A stretch of 20,826 bases of DNA from an uncultured archaeon. GTDB lineage: Archaea > Asgardarchaeota > Thorarchaeia > Thorarchaeales > Thorarchaeaceae. The stretch spans positions 1 through 20,826 of the forward strand of contig CAZVZC010000037.1 of the NCBI GenBank assembly GCA_964631415.1, read 5' to 3'. The notes beneath the pieces are model-generated. The model made no database searches, had not been told where the DNA came from, and worked only from the letters and a program-made list of their open reading frames with translations. Below are positions 15,408-20,826 of this stretch, in pieces. Numbering within the stretch: position 1 is the stretch's first letter; the number at the start of each line of letters is the position of its first letter. The position numbers were made by a program, and so were the translations under genes.

Positions 15408-16649
15408 GTGACCAGAAAATACGAAGGCCAGAGTGAGGTCAACATCGGCACGCTTGGCCACGTCGACCATGGTAAGACGACACTGGTAGAGTGTCTGACA
15501 GGAGAGTGGACGGACCGCCACTCCGACGAGATCAAGAGAGGAATATCGATCAAACTTGGATATGCGGCTACCATCACCATGAAGTGTACGAAGTGTCCTG
15601 CCCCTGACGCCTACACGACTGCTCATCTTGCGAAAGACGGCCGATGCCCCAAGTGTGGAGGAGAACTTGAGGTCCTTAGAGAGATATCATTCGTAGACAG
15701 CCCTGGCCACGAGTCATTGATGGCGACGTGCCTTAGCGGAGCCAGTCTCATGGATGGAGCCATACTTGTGATTGCAGCGAATGAGCCTTGCCCCATGCCG
15801 CAGACAGCCGAGCATCTCCATGCTCTTGAGATTGTGGGCGTGAAGAACATCATCATCGTACAGAACAAGATAGAACTCGTCACGCTCGAACAGGCCAGAA
15901 AGCACTACAAGCAGATCAAGGACTTCATCAAGGGTACTTCAGTTGAGAACGCACACATCATACCTGTCTCGGCGGTCTTTGGCGCAAACATGGACCTTCT
16001 GGTCCAGACCATCGAAGAGGTGATTCCGACACCAAACAGAGATGACTCAGTACCGCCCAAGATGCTTGTTGCAAGATCATTCGAGGTGAACCCGCCGGGA
16101 ACACTGCCCAAAGACCTCAAGGGAGGAGTAGTCGGGGGGTCAGTTGTCGAAGGAAAGCTGAGGGTGGGCGAGGAGATAGAGATTACACCAGGATACAAGA
16201 CGGAGAAGGGCTACAGCCCAATAAAGACACGGATCGTGAGCCTTCTCTCCGGTAGCGGGAACAGTCTCCAAGAAGCACGACCCGGAGGGCTCATAGGCGT
16301 GGGAACGTCATTAGACCCCGCATTCACGCGTGCAGACAGACTTGTAGGCAGTGTGTTGGGAAACGCCGGGAAGATACCGAAGACTCTGTCAAAGATGATG
16401 ATACAGCCCGTATTGATGGAGAGACTTGTAGGGACAGAGTCGAAGAAGGAGATCGAGAATCTCAAGTTGAATGAGCAACTCATGCTTGTCATAGGGACCG
16501 CCGCCACAGTTGGCGTCATCACCAGACTTCACGGGGAGCAGATAGAACTTGAACTGAAGAGACCCGTGTGTGCAGAGAAGGGTCAACGCATTGCCATCGG
16601 TCGCAGAGTTGACAACAAATGGCGGCTGATAGGCCATGCTGCCATATAG
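15408..16649 (+). CDS. eif2g: Translation initiation factor 2 gamma subunit (aIF2-gamma)
   Basis: [17 protein letters not shown], Zn knuckle, DSPGHE, QNKIE, RSFEVN, WRLIGH. Confidence 0.97.
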   Translation: MTRKYEGQSEVNIGTLGHVDHGKTTLVECLTGEWTDRHSDEIKRGISIKLGYAATITMKCTKCPAPDAYTTAHLAKDGRCPKCGGELEVLREISFVDSPGHESLMATCLSGASLMDGAILVIAANEPCPMPQTAEHLHALEIVGVKNIIIVQNKIELVTLEQARKHYKQIKDFIKGTSVENAHIIPVSAVFGANMDLLVQTIEEVIPTPNRDDSVPPKMLVARSFEVNPPGTLPKDLKGGVVGGSVVEGKLRVGEEIEITPGYKTEKGYSPIKTRIVSLLSGSGNSLQEARPGGLIGVGTSLDPAFTRADRLVGSVLGNAGKIPKTLSKMMIQPVLMERLVGTESKKEIENLKLNEQLMLVIGTAATVGVITRLHGEQIELELKRPVCAEKGQRIAIGRRVDNKWRLIGHAAI

Positions 16650-16673
16650 ACAAATGATTGGTCACGTGAGCTA

Positions 16674-17078
16674 ATGGTCGTTGCCGTAGTCGTGGACTCC
16701 AGTTTCCTGATGATTCCAGCACAGTTTGGAATAGACATATTCGCAGAGTCAGAGCGTACACTTCAGAAACATGTAGAATTCGTTGTGCTGAAGTCTGTGC
16801 TTCGTGAGATTGAAACAAAGGCCAGGCTGGAGAGCACATCGGGAGATGCCAAGTTCAGGGTGGCCGGCGATCTTGCGAAACGATGCCGACCAGCTGATGT
16901 CAGTCCGGTTGTAGCAGGTCTGCCTGTTGATGACCAACTGCTGGAGTATACAGTCAGCGTGAAGGGGGTCCTTGCAACTAACGACAGGAAACTCAGAGAA
17001 CGGGCGCGTGAGCGGGGAGTGCCTGTGCTGCTGATGCGAGGTAAGAAACGGCTTGCCCTTGAGGGCAGTGTGGATTGA
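16674..17078 (+). CDS. PIN-domain protein (Fcf1/Utp23-like, COG1412)
   Basis: VVDSSFL, VLREI, VDD, LATNDRKLR; usual position after aIF2-gamma. Confidence 0.9.
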   Translation: MVVAVVVDSSFLMIPAQFGIDIFAESERTLQKHVEFVVLKSVLREIETKARLESTSGDAKFRVAGDLAKRCRPADVSPVVAGLPVDDQLLEYTVSVKGVLATNDRKLRERARERGVPVLLMRGKKRLALEGSVD

Positions 17079-17087
17079 GACCTGTTC

Positions 17088-17101
17088 AAAACGTTTTTAT
17101 T
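17088..17101 (+). promoter_or_regulatory. Putative promoter for rpoE1-spt4
   Basis: AAAACG-TTTTTATT about 110 nt upstream of rpoE1. Confidence 0.45.
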
Positions 17102-17207
17102 GTGACCAAGAGGTTGCACCGCTGAGCCGTCAGGGTCAGACCATCAGTGTCTGGCCGTTGGACTGATTGTTCTGAGAGTTCTCCTGTCAGGCGAGGAGCG
17201 CCCACAA

Positions 17208-17822
17208 GTGTATAGTATTGTGACTGTTAGGGATATTGTAAGAATCCCTCCAAACCAGTTTGGGCAGCCGATAAACGAGGCAGCCCTGGTCCACCTTCGA
17301 AAGAATCACGAGAATGTGCTGGACAGGGATATAGGCCTCATAATAGCAGTCATCGAGATTGATGACATAGGCCAGGGCCGATTAATCCCAGGTGATGGTG
17401 CCACCTACCATTCCGTGACCTACAAGGTCCTCACGTTCAAGCCAATCCGCGGGGAGATCATCGAAGGCAATGTGGTTGAACTGATGGACTTCGGTGCATT
17501 CATCCGGATGGGACCCCTTGACGGTCTCTGCCATGTGAGTCAGATATGTGACGACTTCATAACCCAGGACTCAAAAGGGAACGCCCTGCTTGGGAAGGAG
17601 TCCGGCAGGATTCTGGCTGAAGGAAACCAAGTCCGTGCACGCATCACGTCCATCAGCTTCGAGTCTGGCAACAGGTCTGGCAAGCTCGGACTCACAATGA
17701 GACAACCCTTCCTTGGGAAGATAGGACCCGACCAGTCTTGGGTCGAAGACGATGTGAAAGCTGCACACGGTGAAACACCCAAGAAAGAGAAGAAGAAGCG
17801 TTCAGAGAGACAGACAGGGTGA
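17208..17822 (+). CDS. rpoE1: RNA polymerase subunit E' (Rpo7)
   Basis: VRIPP, GDGATYH, S1 domain FGAFIRMGPLDGLCHVSQI, GLTMRQPFLGK. Confidence 0.96.
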   Translation: MYSIVTVRDIVRIPPNQFGQPINEAALVHLRKNHENVLDRDIGLIIAVIEIDDIGQGRLIPGDGATYHSVTYKVLTFKPIRGEIIEGNVVELMDFGAFIRMGPLDGLCHVSQICDDFITQDSKGNALLGKESGRILAEGNQVRARITSISFESGNRSGKLGLTMRQPFLGKIGPDQSWVEDDVKAAHGETPKKEKKKRSERQTG

Positions 17823-18040
17823 TTCGATTGACAAAGATGAAAGCCTGCCGTCAGTGTCACTTTCTTACCACAGAGAATCAGTGTCCCAACTGCAAGAGCA
17901 CCAACCTGTCGACTTCCTACACGGGGATAGTCGTGATACTGCCTGCCAAAGATCCGCATGACGACCCCAGGAAGTCGTCCTACATTGCAGACAGATTGAG
18001 CATCGACAAGCCCGGCAAGTATGCCCTCAAGGTCCGTTAG
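17819..18040 (+). CDS. spt4: Transcription elongation factor Spt4 (RpoE'')
   Basis: KACRQC...CPNC, SYIADRLSI..PGKYALKVR. Start may be TTG 17828 or ATG 17837. Confidence 0.93.
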   Translation: MIRLTKMKACRQCHFLTTENQCPNCKSTNLSTSYTGIVVILPAKDPHDDPRKSSYIADRLSIDKPGKYALKVR

Positions 18041-18065
18041 TAAGGGCCTCATTGCCGTCTATGGT

Positions 18066-18078
18066 GAAAGATTTATTA
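18066..18078 (+). promoter_or_regulatory. Putative BRE/TATA promoter for rps24e-rps27ae
   Basis: GAAAG-ATTTATTA in the spt4-rps24e gap. Confidence 0.55.
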
Positions 18079-18126
18079 GACAACCCCAAGTCGAGTGCCT
18101 GACCCGCCATCCAAGCGGTCTGATTA

Positions 18127-18690
18127 TTGAGAGTGATGCCAGTGAAGATAGACATTCTTCGGCAGCGAGAGAACAAGGTCCTCAACAGGAGAGAGATTGA
18201 CTTCAGGATTGATCATGTGGGCGGCACCACTCCCAACAGGGCAGACATACGTGCGAAACTCGCCGCACAGCTTGACTCTGACCCTTCAGCAGTTGTGATA
18301 AGGCGCCTCAAGACTAAGTACGGAATCGGAATAACGGACGGCATAGCAAGAATCTACAAGGACGCGGACCAAGCTAAGTCCATCGAGATTGCGTACGTCC
18401 TAAAGCGACACGAGCCCAAGAAGAAGGAGGAGCCAGGGGAAGTAGCAGAGAAGCCAACAAAGGGAAAGGCCCCTGAGAAGGGAACTGAGAAGGCAGAGAA
18501 GAAGCCTGAGAAGGAAGCTGAAAAGGCCGAGAAGCGACCTGAGAAGGGAACTGAGAAGGCAGAGAAGAAGCCTGAGAAGGAAGCTGAAAAGGCCGAGAAG
18601 CGACCTGAGAAGGGAACTGAGAAAGCCGAGAAGAAGCCTGACAAGAAGAAGAAGGCCGAAGCAGCGGACGAGGACGAGGAGGAGAGCTAG
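18127..18690 (+). CDS. rps24e: Ribosomal protein eS24 with long Lys/Glu-rich repeat tail
   Basis: ENKVLNRREI, TPNRADIR, TKYG, ARIY, IEIAYVLKR. Start probably 18136 or 18142. Confidence 0.93.
   Translation: MRVMPVKIDILRQRENKVLNRREIDFRIDHVGGTTPNRADIRAKLAAQLDSDPSAVVIRRLKTKYGIGITDGIARIYKDADQAKSIEIAYVLKRHEPKKKEEPGEVAEKPTKGKAPEKGTEKAEKKPEKEAEKAEKRPEKGTEKAEKKPEKEAEKAEKRPEKGTEKAEKKPDKKKKAEAADEDEEES
18472..18641 (+). repeat. Coding tandem repeat, five 33-bp units organised as a 66-bp higher-order repeat
   Basis: 18472-18537 is identical to 18538-18603; encodes alternating PEKGTEKAEKK and PEKEAEKAEKR. Confidence 0.95.
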
Positions 18691-18693
18691 TAG

Positions 18694-18903
18694 ATGTCTA
18701 AGGAGAAGGACAAGGAGAAGCCTAAGGAAAAGTCCAAGAAGAAGAAGGCCGGTCGTTCGCTCTACAAGGTCGAGAAGTCAGGTACGGTCACATCGACTAG
18801 GAGACCCTGTCCTAGGTGCGAGAAGGGCACCTACATGGCTGAACACTTCAACCGTTTTGCATGCGGCCGCTGCGGATTTACAGAGTTCAAGCGGAAGAGC
18901 TAG
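18694..18903 (+). CDS. rps27ae: Ribosomal protein eS31 (S27ae), no ubiquitin fusion
   Basis: LYKV, CPRC..GTYMAEH..RFACGRCGFTEF. Confidence 0.95.
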   Translation: MSKEKDKEKPKEKSKKKKAGRSLYKVEKSGTVTSTRRPCPRCEKGTYMAEHFNRFACGRCGFTEFKRKS

Positions 18904-18930
18904 CATCTATTCCCGTGTGCTGGGAGGACT

Positions 18931-19251
18931 TCACTCTCCCACGATTGCCATTATCCATCTCACAGCGAGTAGAACACCGACCACGAGAGTGAGTAGGACG
19001 TCGATAGGGAGGACGCCAGGCATCAGTGGTTCTACTGAAGCGGCAAGAAGCAGTGCGACAGGAAAGGTCACTATGAAGGGGAGAGTGGCTACAGTCAGCG
19101 AAACCTCTTCGCTAGACACCATCACGTTCACCAAGCAGATGATCCAGACCGCATAGATCACTGCGAGGATGGACAGCTGTACAATCAATGTGGATGAACC
19201 CCAAAGTGGTCTTCTGCTTATGCGGCCCGGTCTGGGCAGGCAATGGTCCAT
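18931..19251 (-). CDS. Small hypothetical membrane protein (about 3 TM helices)
   Basis: Three hydrophobic segments; convergent with rps27ae; true start probably downstream of 19251. Confidence 0.6.
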   Translation of the reverse strand: MDHCLPRPGRISRRPLWGSSTLIVQLSILAVIYAVWIICLVNVMVSSEEVSLTVATLPFIVTFPVALLLAASVEPLMPGVLPIDVLLTLVVGVLLAVRWIMAIVGE

Positions 19252-19506
19252 TGTTGCCGCTTTTCAAGTCATACGGAATGTATCGACTATGCGAAAAGGC
19301 CGCAGCAGCGGCGGCCATAGCGGCGAATGTTTGCGGAAATCACCATTTGATTCGTAACGTTTCTTAAGAAGAGAACAAATGCAGAAAGTTGTTGGTGCGC
19401 GGAATGGAATTGGAGGACTGGATGTTCGCTTGTTGATGGCGCAGTGATTGCCATTCTTCTTCCCTCTTCCATTAGTTCTGGTGCCCAACTAGAGAGGGTA
19501 GTCAAG

Positions 19507-20826
19507 ATGGTAAGCGCTGCAAATCATCGAACGAACAATGCATTGGTGTTTCTGTCTGTGCTTGTGTTACTGACTTCGTTGTTTTCCGGAGGTGTACCAA
19601 GGGCCGGAACCGGTTCTGGGCTCTACTCAGAGAGATCCTCCATCTCCACCAATTACGGCGCCACGGTAGCAGGAACAGGCTCATACTCCGAGGACTTCCT
19701 CACAACCACATCTTGTGACTTCAGTGCAACCAACGCGAGCGGCTGGGGCGTTGGCTCAGTCAGTCTGCCCCGGAAGAGCCCTGTTCTCTTGGGGAACTGC
19801 GACACCCCCGGCGAGGCATATCGGGTGTGGGTCGACGGGGAAATTGCGTACGTGGCCGACCGCGAGTCGGGACTACAGATTTTCAACGTCACGGATCCCA
19901 GGAATCCTACCATCATAGGCAACTACAATACTCCCGGCTATGCGCATGATGTGTGGGTTGATGGAGGCATTGCGTACGTGGCCGACTATCAGTCGGGACT
20001 GCAAGTCCTCAACGTCACGGACCCGCGGAGTCCTACGTATGTCGGCTCGTACAACACTCCCGGCATCGCGCGTGATGTATGGCGGGCGGGTGACTATGCG
20101 TACGTTGCAGACTATGGTACTGGGCTGACGGTTTTGGAGGTGCAGCATAATAGATGTCGCCAGTTTGAGGGACGGGCCCAAGCGCAGTCGTTAGTAGTTT
20201 CTACGGCATCCGGTTCGGCGTTTCTCGTACGAGCCACGCTGACGTGCACGGCAACTCTGCCTATGGATACAGCGATTGCATATTACTTGTCGCCCGACAA
20301 TGGGACGCATTGGGACTCCGTGAGTCTAGGGGTTGAGCACGTCTTCACTAATGTCGGAAGTATATTGCGGTGGCGGGCTGTGCTGACCACGGGAGATGTG
20401 GTACGGACACCCAGCCTCACTAGCCTAGCCATCACTTACAGGACACGCCTGAACGCGCCCTCTCTCGTATTACCGACCGACGGTGCCGTCACTCTTGACA
20501 GCACTTCAACCATTGAATGGGGCTCGATGATGGACGCCGCTAACTACCTGGTCCAACTGGACACAGTGAGCACTTTCAACTCGACCAATCTTCGGAACGT
20601 CACGGTGCCCGGGAACACGACGAGCTACACTCCTCTCTTGCCGTTGGCATATAGTACTTGGTACTGGCGGGTGGCGGCGATTGATTCAGCAGATGATCTA
20701 GGATACTTCGCCTCACCGCGCAGTATCTTGGTCCAGACACAAACCACCACGACAACAACTACCACGACAACGACCAGACCGATTGGGGTGCCGACCATTC
20801 CTCCTGAGCTATTGTTGGGAATCGGC
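19507..20826 (+). CDS. LVIVD-repeat cell-surface protein with FN3-like domain and poly-Thr linker, 3'-partial (absent from the ORF track)
   Basis: Frame 1 is open from ATG 19507 to the window end: signal-like MVSAANHRTNNALVFLSVLVLLTSLF, repeats such as VWVDGEIAYVADRESGLQIFNVTDPRNP, YLVQLD...WYWRVAAID, Thr11 at 20743-20775. Confidence 0.85.
   Translation, partial: MVSAANHRTNNALVFLSVLVLLTSLFSGGVPRAGTGSGLYSERSSISTNYGATVAGTGSYSEDFLTTTSCDFSATNASGWGVGSVSLPRKSPVLLGNCDTPGEAYRVWVDGEIAYVADRESGLQIFNVTDPRNPTIIGNYNTPGYAHDVWVDGGIAYVADYQSGLQVLNVTDPRSPTYVGSYNTPGIARDVWRAGDYAYVADYGTGLTVLEVQHNRCRQFEGRAQAQSLVVSTASGSAFLVRATLTCTATLPMDTAIAYYLSPDNGTHWDSVSLGVEHVFTNVGSILRWRAVLTTGDVVRTPSLTSLAITYRTRLNAPSLVLPTDGAVTLDSTSTIEWGSMMDAANYLVQLDTVSTFNSTNLRNVTVPGNTTSYTPLLPLAYSTWYWRVAAIDSADDLGYFASPRSILVQTQTTTTTTTTTTTRPIGVPTIPPELLLGIG
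19801..20142 (+). repeat. Three LVIVD repeats with a 126-bp period
   Basis: Units start at 19801, 19927 and 20053 (third truncated); ATTGCGTACGTGGCCGAC is shared exactly by units 1 and 2. Confidence 0.88.

Noticed and set aside
17540-18644. Long antisense ORFs such as 17540-18052 and 18354-18644
   Set aside because: Antisense shadows of well-supported conserved genes.
19298-19326. GGCGGCCATAG matching the 5S rRNA 5' end, within a GGCCGC/GCGGCC hairpin
   Set aside because: Only 11 nt match and the downstream 5S helices are absent; chance match or simple hairpin.
19801-20142. DGR template/variable repeat pair or CRISPR array
   Set aside because: Repeats are in-frame protein repeats, differences are not adenine-specific, and no reverse transcriptase or spacers are present.

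Overview
Archaeal chromosomal window of mostly core information-processing genes. Gene content and style suggest an Asgard archaeon, possibly Thorarchaeia-like (inference only). Order: partial Asp-box/YCF48-like surface protein; a tRNA-Trp(CCA) apparently split by three ~30-nt BHB-type introns; membrane protein; stand-alone 5S rRNA; DUF1512 plus a Zn-ribbon membrane protein; two tandem type II methionine aminopeptidases; an ~800-bp structured intergenic region; dnaG, a protease-less LonB-type AAA+ ATPase and pelota; radical SAM, nucleotidyltransferase and TtuA/Ncs6; site-2 protease; eS6, aIF2-gamma, PIN, rpoE1, spt4, eS24 (repeat-expanded tail) and eS31; a small membrane protein; a partial LVIVD-repeat surface protein. 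The two main candidates are the triple-intron tRNA-Trp, whose anticodon sits on a 5-nt micro-exon, and the Lon-type unfoldase that lacks its protease domain, ends in an HbYX-like tail (SYFF) and lies between dnaG and pelota. All calls were made by eye; no searches or folding programs were run.
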